DNA from: Octopus vulgaris
Lineage: Eukaryota
Assembly (NCBI GenBank): GCA_951406725.2
Contig: OX597820.1
Location: forward strand, 115,630,001 to 115,694,000
Length of the DNA: 64,000 nt
Direction: 5' to 3'
This document shows positions 12,611 through 24,217 of this stretch, piece by piece. The stretch's first letter is position 1, and each line of letters begins with the position of its first letter. Both the position numbers and the translations under genes were made by a program. The notes under the pieces are model-generated. The model made no database searches. It saw nothing but the letters and a program-made list of their open reading frames with translations, and had not been told where the DNA came from.

Positions 12611-13229
12611 GGTACAACTACTGCGATCATCGCTTAGAGAGATTTTAGAACTAGCTTTTCAGCTTGTAATACTATTACTAATAGCAATCTGTGTATCATA
12701 CCTAATGCAGATACATCGTATAAAGCCTAATTAATTGCAACCTATGCTGGTGCCACATAATAAGTACCTCTGCTGGTGTCACAATAAAAAAAATGGTATC
12801 CATGCTGGTACCATATAAAATGCACCCAGTACACTCTGCAAAGTGGTCGGCATTAGGAAGGGCTTCCAACCATAGAAACCATACCAAAACAGACAATTGG
12901 GGTCTAATGCAGCTCTCCAGCTTGTCAGTTCCTGTCAAACCATCCAACCCATACCAGCATGGAAAATGGACATTAAATGATGACCACATGTATATCAACA
13001 GAGGACCAAAATTGTCCAGCAGCTGCAGTGAATATGCTAGATGTGCATCTCTTCCTTCTTTGGTTTTGCCATTTGCAAGTAGCCAGTGGCAACAAGACAA
13101 AATCTGTCCTGACTGATATAGGAAAACAAACTGTGATTAATGTTGCTAATTCTGATGAAGTAACTCTAAAATTGAAGACATCTTAACCATCACCATCGTT
13201 TCATTTATTTATTTTCTTTGTTTTAAAGA

Positions 13230-13684
13230 AGAACACCATCCGAGCATGATCGTTGCCAGAGCAGCCAACTGACTTCCATGCCGGTGGCACGTAAAAAGCA
13301 CCATACGAGTGTGATCGTTATCAGCATTGCCTTACTGGCACATGTGCTGGTGGCACGTGAAAAAAAACATTCGAGTGAGGCCATTGCCAGTGCCACTGGA
13401 CTGGCTCCTGTGCAGGCGACACGTAAAAAAACACCATTTGAGCATGGCCATTGCCAGTACTGCCTGACTGGCTCTCATGCCGGTGGCACGTAAAAGCACC
13501 CACTACACTCTCTGAGTGGTTGGCATTAGGAAGGGCATCCAGCTGTAGAAACTCTGCCAGATCAAGATTGGAGCCTGGTGCAGCCATCCAGTTCTCCAGT
13601 TCACAGTCAAATTGTCCAACCCATGCTAGCATGGAAAGCAGACGTTAAACGACGATGATGATAATGATGATGATGATGATGATT
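13230..13684 (+). mobile_element. RTE 3'-end copy (others near 2070-2265, 18430-18597, 20820-21105, 32940-33300, 35500-35722, 37260-37470, 40533-40930(-), 41990-42355, 43133-43502, 50055-50240(-), 53640-53835, 55210-55507)
   Basis: Shares aaaagcacccactacactc...ggaagggcatccagctgtagaaac...cccatgctagcatggaaagc..acgttaaacga(tga)n with the 3' UTR at 63760-63992. Confidence 0.88.
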
Positions 13685-14030
13685 GTTAAATGGATTTTAT
13701 AAGAAGTTTTACTGCTTTTGCTAACAAGTTAAGCAACTTCATATATCATGGACGGCAACTCTTTGACATATGCCAGCCATGACCTACAAGATTTTAGGTC
13801 AAACTTGCAGTATCGTATTGTAAAACCTGTTTGATTTGCAGAGATCTAAAACTGTAAATTAAATTCATTTCAACTGGTTTAGTAGCTCTGAATGTAGTTT
13901 CCGTAGTTTGTTTTCCTTCTGAAACATTCACAGCATGCTTATTGTTCCACCACTTGCAAACATTTATTGTTATTATTACATAAATTCCTTTATTTTTGTT
14001 ATCATTTTCTATTATAATGATATGCATAAC

Positions 14031-14398
14031 ATTATAGTGTATACACAAATGTAGAATGGTGCTGGTTTTAGGATATTGTCTCAGAGGAACTTCTCTTTTG
14101 AAACTTTAGATGTAAAAACACAGCATACTCTAAATAATGTTAGAGGGCCATCAGACACTGGTGTTTTGGCTTCATTTTGATAGGCACTCCTGAGGAACAG
14201 AAGTCCCTAGCCAGATCCAAATGACTGGGGATGTCTGTCACTGAAGAGGTGAAATCAAGCTGAAGCACCAGTGTCTGGTGGTCCTCTAACATTATTCAGA
14301 GTACGCTAGGTTTTTAATACATGAAGTTTCTAAAGAGAAGTTTCTCGGAGACAGAATCCTACAGCTAGAACCATTCTACATTTATGTATACATTATAA
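14031..14398. repeat. Imperfect fold-back element, arms about 170 bp
   Basis: ttatagtgtatacacaaatgtagaatgg...aataatgttagagggccatcagacactggtg mirrors caccagtgtctggtggtcctctaacattatt...ccattctacatttatgtatacattataa. Confidence 0.85.
14235..14281 (+). ncRNA. Decayed hammerhead motif near the centre of a fold-back element
   Basis: CUGUCA-CUGAAGA-GG...CU-GAAG-CAC(ca)GUGUC^UGGUGG. The opposite arm reads AAAACAC at this position, so the arm consensus is GAAACAC. Confidence 0.45.
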
Positions 14399-15634
14399 AT
14401 GATTTACACACATTGTTATTTTAAGCTAATGCTATAACTAGTGTGTATATTGATTTCCTTTATTTTTATCATACATATGTTTATCCTAAGTTATTTTTGC
14501 TTTATTTTTTCCTAAATAGTTATTTACTGATTGATTGGAGAAATTCATTTTATTTAAATGTCAAAATCAGATTTGTTTGTCAATGATATCCAACAATTCC
14601 AATTATTTTGCCAAATATTTCTTTCAGTTAGATATCAAGTTTGTGTTGTTGTAATTATAACTTTGTAAATGTCAGTTGTGTATTTGGATTTGTCTTTCCC
14701 AAATGAGATATTGACTGATAAAGTTGCAAGATATTCTACAAAGCTAATAATTCACTCCATTCTTAGTATATGTTATCCTTCGGGTAATTTTTGGTCAATC
14801 ACATGAAGAACCACACAGAGTAAGAAACTTGAAGTTCATTACTTATTCCATCACTACTCAAAGAAATGAACCAGTTTTGTAATTTTTGAGTTATAAATGG
14901 TAGAAAACAAAAACAAATGAGAAACTTGGAATTGCAACAGAGGAAAACTTTGCTTTTGATTACCTTCATACCAGGTTTATACCTGGAATTATTGGGCCAC
15001 TTGGATATGTAACTGACTGCCTCATTACCAGTCTTGAGAAATTAAGGTTCTCAAAACCAGGCAGAAGAAAGCTAATTAGATTACAGATACAAGTCACCAG
15101 TGGAACTATCAAAATATATAAGGCTTTCTAAAAGTTTAGAATATAAATACAAATACATATCTTGACATGCAACTATACATAAGAGTATACATATATAAAA
15201 TGAAACCTACAGATTTGAATATGCACTGACTCAAAACACTTATACACATCCACATACGCAAGTACTCTGTTGTGGAAATTCCAATGACGAAGCCTTGAAT
15301 TTAGGTTAGAAACCAGCTTTTTTTTTTGCTTTTTTTTTTTTTCTTGCAGTTGGTAAGAAATAGAAATAAAACTAAAGAACACACAACGCATGCACACGTG
15401 TGTTGTGATTTCAGTGTATCTTGTCGATCTGATACATTTGCAACAAGACAGCTGCTTTAAATTAGTCATGTGCTCTGTTGTATGTTTTTGTCTGTGTTCT
15501 CTACAACAATTTGGAAAAATATAAACAAACATAGAAGGGATACATAGTGTTTGATGTATAGAGCTTATCTAATAATAATAATAATAATAATAATGATATA
15601 TTGTAAAATCTGTTTTCTTTGTTTCTTTGTACAG

Positions 15635-15817
15635 GCAGAACAATCTCCACAACCAACTCTCCCCAAATATGGCATGGATGACAGTGTAATCATACCTAAT
15701 TTAGATGGTGTTGTCCGACGTCGAAATATTCGCAAATCCAACACAGTTGCCTACAGAGCTGACCGACCAAGCAAGTGGAAACGAGCTTCTATAAACGGAC
15801 ATATTTACAATTATGAT
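15635..15817 (+). CDS. RASSF2/4: RASSF exon leading into the RA domain
   Basis: gtacag|GCA...GAT|gtaaga, 183 nt. Ends KWKRASINGHIYNYD, matching RASSF2 RRHRFSINGHFYNH. Confidence 0.93.
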
Positions 15818-15859
15818 GTAAGATTCAGTTTCCTTTCATAGAAATTTCATTTTATGCAC

Positions 15860-16200
15860 AAGGTAAAGAAATCAAAATATCAGCACTTAGTCAATGAAGC
15901 CCTTATCAAGGGCTGGCATGTGAGCCCCGTTCCTTATTGAAGTTGGCTGTTGTGGCTCTCCATCTATGTCAGTGCACTATTTCCTGCAGAAGATAGTTCT
16001 ACAACTCAGACAACTGGAGAAAATCCTCAAAGAAATAAGTGCAGCAGATGTAACTAGCTCAAGAGACTGCGAGTAGAACCCATCCGTGGGTTAAGACTAG
16101 CTCAGTCCTTGTCGCCCTGCTCAGGTGGCGCATACAGGCCAAGGGGCAAAACACTTGTGACTCTGAGGTACCTACTGATGATATGGAAGGGCTTCCAGCT
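15860..16200 (+). mobile_element. Decayed HERO-like (REL endonuclease) non-LTR 3' fragment
   Basis: KKSKYQHLVNEALIKGWHV / IEVGCCG...LKEISAA resembles the K.KY..LV....GW...IEVGCRG C-terminus of HERO-type elements; frameshifted. Confidence 0.6.
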
Positions 16201-17871
16201 TTGCAATGGATTTAGAAGAGCTTGCAAAACCTCTGAGCAACTTGTGCAGTTTCTGTGTGGGGCAAAGCATCACCTAAATTCCTTTCAGTACCAACCTGCC
16301 TGAGACTGCCCCTGGGTTTTTGATGCAAACTTCATTGTTTAAAATGCATCAACTTAAAATATTCATCAAAATTCCATGTTCATTTATGTTCCAAACATCA
16401 GCTTAATAATGACATAAATGACTCATTAAACTTTTCCTTATTTTCAAAACTAATTGAAATCAAGGTGATGGATTTCTATAGAAATATGGTAGCAAAAGGG
16501 TTAAATTCTTTTCTTGTGTATATTTTCTTTCTCCCCTATTTCTTCACCTTCTGATGTAATTCAAAAGAAATATTGTTGACAACATCATTATGCTTTTATT
16601 TTTTTCTTTATTTTATCCAATCATTGGACTGCAGCCATGCTGGAGCATCAGGTTTTAGGGGAATAAATTGACCCCAGTTCTTACTTTTTAAGCCTGGTGC
16701 TTATTCTATTGGTCTTTTTTTGCCAAACTACTAAGTTACGGGGACATAAACAATAAAAAAGAAACCTGAGTTGACAAATGATGTGGGGTGACAGACACAC
16801 AGATGGTCTTCCATACAGTTTCCCTCTGTCACTCACAAGGCATTGGTCAATCTCTGGCTATAATAGAAGACACTTGCCCTCACTGCTGTACAGTGGGACT
16901 GAACCTGAAACCACATGGTAACAAAGCAAGCTTCTTAACTACGTCCGCACTTCATTATTTCTTCACTTCTTTACTTTTGTGCCATTGTTGTAAAATGGTA
17001 GAAGGCGGCAAATCAATTCTGCAATGCAGGTTTAATTCCTGGTTTGAGGAATCCTGTACATCATTGATTTCTGTTGAAAGTCAATAACTTGGAGAGTGTT
17101 GTGTGGACTTAGAGCAATTTGACTTACAGCTCTACGCAGGGAGGTAAAGTCTTTAGTCTTGATGTAATGACCCATTAAGAGACATGTGGTGTTGACAGTA
17201 GAGCAAGCAAGCTGCATTGCACTGTTTACTTGCATTCCTTCACATTCTGAGTTCAAATCCCAGCTAGGTTAACAGTACTTTACATTCCTCAGGAGTCGAT
17301 AAAATCAAATCCAAACAAGTAGTGGGGTTGGTGTCATCAATTATACCATTACTTTGATTCTTTTGTCTATATTGGAAAGCATGCAGTGCTCCTGCATGGC
17401 CACAGCTTCTGGCTGAAACCAATAATAGTATAAACGATAATAGTATTTGTACCCCAGCATCACTTTGATGACATGTGCTGCTCTTCTCACTCAATAATAA
17501 TAAAGACTAATGTGTATGTATATTTGATTAATAAATAAACAGTAAATATACCCCCACCACCACCACCACAGTACTAGCTGTTCTTGATATGAATCCTTTG
17601 TTATAATTCATAGCATTTTTTAAAAAAATTATTATTTGATCTACACTTATTGCTGTGTGTGTGTCGGGATAGCAACCTCATCATAAATATTCTGTTATCT
17701 ATTGCTGATTGCTAGAGTTATGAATTACTAGTAAGGGGGAAGAAAGAATGCCTTTCCTTGGCCTCAAGTCAGTTCTCCTTTACATTGTTATTGATCTTGT
17801 GTGATTTCTGTTAAGTTAGTAGAAACTGTGTCATGATTATATCTTTTTTTCTTTTTTTCTCTTTCTACCAG

Positions 17872-17973
17872 ACTCGTGTTTTCACTCCAGTGATTGGCAG
17901 CTGTACTAGTGTTACAGTGAACAGCACAATGACTGTACCACTGGTTATAAAAACATTGCTTGAGAAATTCAAG
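17872..17973 (+). CDS. RASSF2/4: RASSF exon, RA domain
   Basis: taccag|ACT...AAG|gttagt, 102 nt. TRVFTPVIGSCTSVTVNSTMTVPLVIKTLLEKFK matches [34 protein letters not shown]. Confidence 0.95.
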
Positions 17974-17999
17974 GTTAGTATCATCACCACCACCACAAC

Positions 18000-18148
<149 letters not shown>

Positions 18149-19975
18149 GTACTAACTTGGACAACTGATTAAAATCAAACAATTTTTCAAACTACTAGAA
18201 ATAGTAGCCAAATCTTTCTCAAATCAAAATCTACTCATTTAAAGGAGGACATTTAGTGCAATATTAAGGGTGTTAAATAGTTATTGACGAATAGCAGCAT
18301 TTGGTGTGCTGAAAATAAGAGTCATAATGACCAAACTCATATTGGTATTAGTTCTCATACATTTTTGTTATCCTGGAACATTTGCCTTTACATATATGTG
18401 TATACAGCAGAAGCAGATCCATCAAGCCAAGCAAAATGGCACCTGTGTCAGTGGTATGTAAAAGCACCCATTACACTCTTGGAGTGGTTGGCGTTAGGAA
18501 GGGCATCCAGCCATAGAAAATCATACCAAATCAGACTGGAGTCTGGTGCAACCTCTCAGCTTGCCAGCATGGACCAAGGACGTTAAATGATGATGATAAC
18601 AGCAGTTGATTAAATAGAACAGGATTCAAGAGATATCAGATGGACTAAGTACAAGTTTTCACAACATAACATGTTGAATAGTAATATGAAGAGCATTCGT
18701 TATTGAAACAATGTATGTAGAAGGAAAGGGAATGCCTTGTCAACATGTTGTGAGTGACATAGCTTCAAGCAGCATCTCAGTTTGTTGAAAGATAACATAG
18801 AAAAGGATGAGTGACCATCCCACAGAGTTGAGCAGCAAAGTTCCATTTTGACTTCTGGAGGGTTCTGCTTGGGGTTGAAATTGCTAGGTTTTTATAACTT
18901 TAAGTCAATCTTCTAGAACTCTCAACAGAATTATTTGATAGGAAAATTCACACACTTCTTTTGAACTTCATGTAAGCATTTATGCTTTATTTATAAATAT
19001 ATTTACTTTGAGGTTCTGAACTAGAATTCTTAGTGAGATGGTTTTCAAAGTTTGGTAGAACCCATCCTGCAGACTCATTGGCCAGTGTGGTTCTATATAC
19101 AACTGTCTGGAAAAGGAGGCAGGGTTATCAAAGACTTGCTTAATCAGGGATGCTTGGGGTGGGGGTGAAACAACAGCAATTTGGTTTAAGAGAGTTTATT
19201 ATAAGTAGAAAAATTTCACTTAGGCAAAAAAAACTAAACAAAATGAAGTATCCCTTCACAAACTTTAAGTGAAATTGTAGCCCAGCTTTTGGATTAGTTG
19301 CTACTAGTTCTGATATTTATTCCTTATTTGTAGGTTAACTGAAGTATGCCAAATAAAAGGTCCTGCTCAGACACAGATTCAACAAAATATCTTCAGTGAA
19401 TTTCATTCTGAAAGCACTGGTAGACCAACGCTAGACCAACATCCATTTTCCCCTCCACATCTTCAATAAATTGGGTTTCTATTCAGCCTCAGAGAATAAA
19501 CTGGGTCTGATCTGTAATTCATGAAGGCTCTCTATTTTGTTTTTAAATGAAACCTGTCAAACTAACCTGTTTAAATGCCTGAACATCTTAGCAGATGAGG
19601 TGATTGGTGGAAAGAGAAAGAGAGTGGGTGAGAAAGACAAGACAAGCTTGACTAATTACTTTTAGAAACAAGCTAACACTTCTGATTCTTTTTTTTTTTA
19701 AACCGTGAATAACTAGAATGGCAAGCGCAATATTAATTTATTGATATAGTGTTTGCCAATCTAGTCATTGACTAGTTAGTCAACACAAACCTGAATCTTC
19801 TAACAGACTCCATCACTTTTTGTTTTTAAATTTAATTCCTGTTTTCCAATGTTTGTATTTACATTCAGTAGACACAGGCAGCCATCGGCTGATGCTTGTC
19901 TTTTAGCTGTATCTTGCTGAACCTTCATTTGTCAAAGTGACAAGAGATCACCACAAGTAGAAGTGTATATATATA

Positions 19976-20485
19976 CCATAAATCCTCGAGTATAGTCCAC
20001 CCTTGAGTATAATACGCAGGGGGTTGTATTTCTGAAAAACCTAAACCTTGTGTATAATATGCACCTCTTCTCTAACTTGAGTTGTGCGTAATTAAGCCAG
20101 CAGCACCTAGTCGAACAAACACTTCCGAGCAAGTGTAATACAATAATGGTGATGTTCTTAACTGTTATATGGGAATGTAAATATGTTTGCAAATTATTTT
20201 TGTTACGTTATTCTGTGATCTGAATACTTTTATTTTAATAAATGTTGCTTACTGCAAGTTATGGATGATTCTTTTATGACTTCATTGCTTTCAGGCTTAG
20301 CTTAAGGTATTTTTGCGCCCAACATCACAAAATGCATCTGAATAAACATTGCTGGACAGCAAATAGAGACTCGGACATTGCTTAGAAGAAATTTTTCATT
20401 TTTAACCTCATATATAGTACGCACTAAGGAATTTTTACCTTTAAATTTTGGGAACAAAATGCGGATTATAGTCAAGGATTTACGG
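19976..20485. mobile_element. pogo/Tigger-like MITE
   Basis: TA|ccataaatcctcgagtatagtccac ... gcggattatagtcaaggatttacgg|TA. Confidence 0.7.
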
Positions 20486-21374
20486 TATATAGAAATAGTT
20501 GACTTTGGTCAATATTGACTGTTCCCCTCCTTTCTCTCACATTTCTCTGTTTCTTTCTCTAACATCTTTACCAAACTCCTTACTCCTCCTTTGTTTTACC
20601 GATTATAACATTTCAAGTAAGGATTTATACAAAAATTAAAATTAAGGTTTTTATAATGTTGTTGTTTAGCTCCCAGGTCAGCGCCTGATTTACCAGGCCT
20701 ATGGTCAAAGACATGGCAACCATGACCACCACCACTTTCTTTATATATATATACATATATATATATATAATTGCTCTACCTTAAAAATTTCTATATATAT
20801 ATAAATTTTTAATATATATAATGGCATGTAAAAAGCATCATCTGAATGTGGTTGATGCCCCCACCCCGCCCCAACTGGCTCCTATGCCAGTAGCACGTAT
20901 AAAGCACCATCCAAATGTGGTTGATGCCAGTGGCATGTAAAAAGCACCCACTACACACTTGGAGTGGTTGGCATTAGGAAGGGCATCCAGCTGTAGAAAC
21001 ACTGCCAGATCAGATTGGACCCTGGTGTGGCCTCCTGGCTTGCCAGTCCCCAGTCAAACTGTCCAACCCATGCCAGCATGGAATACGGACTTTAACCAAT
21101 GATGATATATCAATTTAATAGTGTGTGTTTTGAGACAGACTTGTTTGCAATTTCTAGCCAGGAAACTACATAGAAGCTTCCTCATTTGGTTCATATAATG
21201 ATGTTGGGTAATCTAGAGAGCTATTAACTCACTCAGCTAACTCCGTTTATTATGATCATTAGAGTAGATAATAGTTATCTTTAGATCCTTATAAGTAAGA
21301 AGTGTAGTTCTAGCTTTTCTTATTAATGATCTAATAGCTTCTGTTTTCTATTATTACATTATTGTCTTTTACAG

Positions 21375-21426
21375 GTGGAGAATGATGCTGATGAATTTTC
21401 TCTCTATGTTGTCACGGAAGCTGAGG
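21375..21426 (+). CDS. RASSF2/4: RASSF exon, RA domain
   Basis: ttacag|GTG...GAGG|gtgagt, 52 nt, phase 0-1. VENDADEFSLYVVTEAE matches IENSAEEFALYVVHTSG. Confidence 0.93.
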
Positions 21427-21653
21427 GTGAGTGCAGCTGGTTGATATCAAACTGTCTTGTTTAAATTAATGTTTATACAATGAAATTTGTTAATATAATG
21501 ACTGTTATTTCCAGTTCAATGTTAATATAAAGAACAATTCCATCACCTTTACTCCCCAAAACTAAAATGTGTAATTTTGGGCTAATAGACTGTTCCTTGT
21601 AATTTTATCCTTTTTATTTTCTATGAACTATAATCCCTTTTTTCTTACCATAG

Positions 21654-21823
21654 GGGAAAGGGAAATTGGAATTGGTGAGATCCCTTTGGAAGTACGTCTG
21701 AGACTGGGTGCTGATGAAACAAATGCCAAAATCTTTATACGGGAGAAAGATTATGTGGGCTCAGTTGTCGTTCCTGAAGAAGTTGAACCAATAGAAGAGA
21801 AGACCTGTTATTTACCAACTGAA
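21654..21823 (+). CDS. RASSF2/4: RASSF exon, end of RA domain
   Basis: ccatag|GG...GAA|gtaagt, 170 nt, phase 1-0. EIPLEVRLRLGADETNAKIFIREKD matches [25 protein letters not shown]. Confidence 0.93.
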
Positions 21824-22479
21824 GTAAGTGTTCAATGTCTTTGTGTATGCATAATCCATAAGTGATTGATTTCACCTGCTTCACTGCTACTGCAGTGAGT
21901 GGTGCAGCATTCTTACACGGCCCCCAATTCCTCTTACATAGAGTCTGAGTTAAGCAGCAGCAGCAGCTTCCCCTTTTCTCGTTGGTCTCCCTACAATTCT
22001 GGCTACGTTCAAACATGTCTGCCATGAATTTTCTCTTATCTTCTGCTGATCTATCTTCAAAGTTGTCAATGTTAAGAGCAAGTAGTTGAGGAGTTTGTTA
22101 AGCATACCACAACCATGTAGTATGTGATTCTGGGTTCAATCCCAGTGCACGGCACCTTGTGTAAGTGCTGTCTTTTACCATAGTCTTTGATTGTTGACCA
22201 TTTTGTGAGTGAAATATGCCCAACATAAACCATGTGGCAACTCATCATGTGTTTGGGTGTGTGTGTGTGCATACACACATGATGATGGCAGTTTCTTTGT
22301 ACCCAAAGATCATAAGGAAGACCAGCAATCCCTTATATGGCTGTGTAAACCAATCCTTGAATAGCAAGCTCTGGTCCTCATGGGGCATTATGTACACTAT
22401 GGTCACTTGAGGGTTGTGACAATGACTCTTTTCTTCTTTAGGATTTCTCATCTGCTGCAGTTGCTCTGGCTGTCTCAAA

Positions 22480-23220
22480 ATCCCTCTTACCTGGATGAGC
22501 TGGTCTTTGAAACACTTCTTAGGGGTTCCGATGTCACTTTTGCCCTGGCTGAGCTCACTGTAGAATACAGTCTTTGACATTCTGAATTTGGTCTCATGCA
22601 TTTGACATTGCCTGCCCATCTGAGCAACAGTATGGTTTCAATGCTTGAGACCTTGGCCTGCTGGAGGACTTTGTTGTTTGTGATGTGCTCCCTCCATGAG
22701 ATGTCCTGGATAGAGTGAAGGCATCTCAGGAAGTGGAGGTGTTCCAACAGCTTAACTTGTTTCCTCTGCAGCATCCAAACTTCTGGCCCTTAGGGGACAG
22801 TAATGATGACAACAGCCTGATAGACTTTGATCCTGGTAGACGGGTTCAGTACACGGTTCTGCCAGACATTGCTTCTGCAATTGTCCAAAGAAGGTGTTAA
22901 CTTTGGCAATGTGGTTGTCAACATTAAGGCGGCGAGCTGGCAGAATCGTTAGCATGCTGGGCGAAATGCTTAGTGGTATTTCGTCTGTCTTTATGTTCTG
23001 AGTTCAAATTTCGCCAAGGTCGACTTTGCTTTTCATCCTTTCAGGGTCGATAAATTAAGTACCAGTTGCGTACTGGGGTCGATTTAATTGACTAACCCTC
23101 TCCCCAAAAATTTCGGGCCTTGTGCCTAGAATAAAAAAGAATGCGGTTGTCAACATCCTTTTCACAGTTTGCATCATTAGAAATACCGCTCACCAGAAGA
23201 GAAGTGTTCAACTGTATTTA
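22480..23220 (-). mobile_element. Decayed RTE/BovB-like RT C-terminal fragment, interrupted by a SINE
   Basis: Broken frames HLRCL(H)SI..ISWREHITNNKVL, LRWAG, VFYSELSQGK..GTPKKCFKDQL. Confidence 0.75.
22925..23139 (+). mobile_element. SINE family B with a 17-bp TSD (other copies about 1655-1803, 1835-2055, 2268-2470, 4705-4920, 27757-27975, 30317-30520, 45630-45861(-), 56645-56873(-), 57700-57850(-))
   Basis: aaggcggcgagctggcagaatcgttagc...gagttcaaatt...ggtcgactttgc...aagtaccagttg. TSD aatg(t/c)ggttgtcaacat at 22908-22924 and 23140-23156. Confidence 0.9.
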
Positions 23221-23691
23221 GTGGGGGGTGGGGGAGTTAATGCTAATTTGCAGTGTTTGGTATGTGGCATATAACATCTGTGTACACACATGTGTGCATG
23301 CATGCATAGTTGAAGTGGATCCATGACAGAGGAAGACCACGTACAGAACTCAGAGTGTGCAAATGTTGCCAGAATCCAGAAGTTCCTCTGTATGAATTTG
23401 AGTGGACACAGTGTTGCACAGCATTGAATCCTCTTTCCAACAGAATCAACCTTAAAACCAGTGGCACAAGAGAGGTTGAAACAACCAGAAACCAATTGCA
23501 CTTCAGATTATTTTTGTTTTTTTTATATATGTTTATCTTCTCTTAGAAGGAAGTTCTAATGAGAATCCAGGGGTCCTTCCCTCCCAGCGGTTCACATGCT
23601 AATTAATCTGACTCTAGTATAGAATAGACCCGGGAACAATAGTAGCCAAGAGTTGGTTCCAAACCCCTCAAAACTACTGGGTACAGTTTAA

Positions 23692-24217
23692 CCCTTTCGT
23701 TACCAACCCGGTTAAAACCAGTTCTGGCTTTGAGTACAAATGTCTTGTTTTCATAAGTTTTTAATTAAAATCTTCCACCAAACCTTAGTCACAATTTACA
23801 TTCCTAACACTAGCTTAATGATAGCTAAATTATTTTACTAAATTCTTTGTTATATTTAAAGTAATTGAAAGACACACAGAGTATCTCAAAATAAATACAG
23901 TTACGGAAGGAAATTGCTATTTGTAAATCTCACAACGATAGATATTCAGCAACAGTACTTTGGAGTAAAGATTATTTGCCAACATAACATGGCAGTTCTG
24001 GTTTAGGACGAATGTTGCTGTAAATTAGCCCCAGGAGACATTGTCTCCAGCTGGCTGTACGACACGATCCGTGTCCTTATATTTTTGAACAATTATTCTG
24101 TGCTGATGAAGAGAAATAACCTGGAAATCGTGATACACAGATACTGTTTTGAGCTGAGTTGGGGTGCTAGATTCCCTTGTTTGAAAATATAAGAACACAG
24201 ATCGTGTTGTGAAAGGG
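23692..24217. mobile_element. piggyBac-like MITE with an insertion in its right end
   Basis: TTAA|ccctttcgttac ... gttacggaagg[insert about 23911-24210]gaaaggg|TTAA. Similar ends occur near 6390 and 16490-16504. Confidence 0.55.
24097..24141 (+). ncRNA. Hammerhead ribozyme motif
   Basis: UCUGUG-CUGAUGA-A-GAG(aaauaac)CUG-GAAA-UC(gu)GAUA^CACAGA: perfect 6-bp stem I, one mismatch closing stem II. Confidence 0.62.

Noticed and set aside
13079-13159. Possible phase-0 exon VASGNKTKSVLTDIGKQTVINVANSDE
   Set aside because: The in-frame acceptor would be AA rather than AG, and the donor is weak.
13230-13510. CRISPR-like regularly spaced repeats
   Set aside because: The spacers are homologous to each other, the array belongs to an RTE 3' UTR, the context is eukaryotic and there are no cas genes.
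16140-16190. caaaacac...ctgatga in the HERO-like 3' UTR as a ribozyme
   Set aside because: No GAAA and no convincing stems in this copy.
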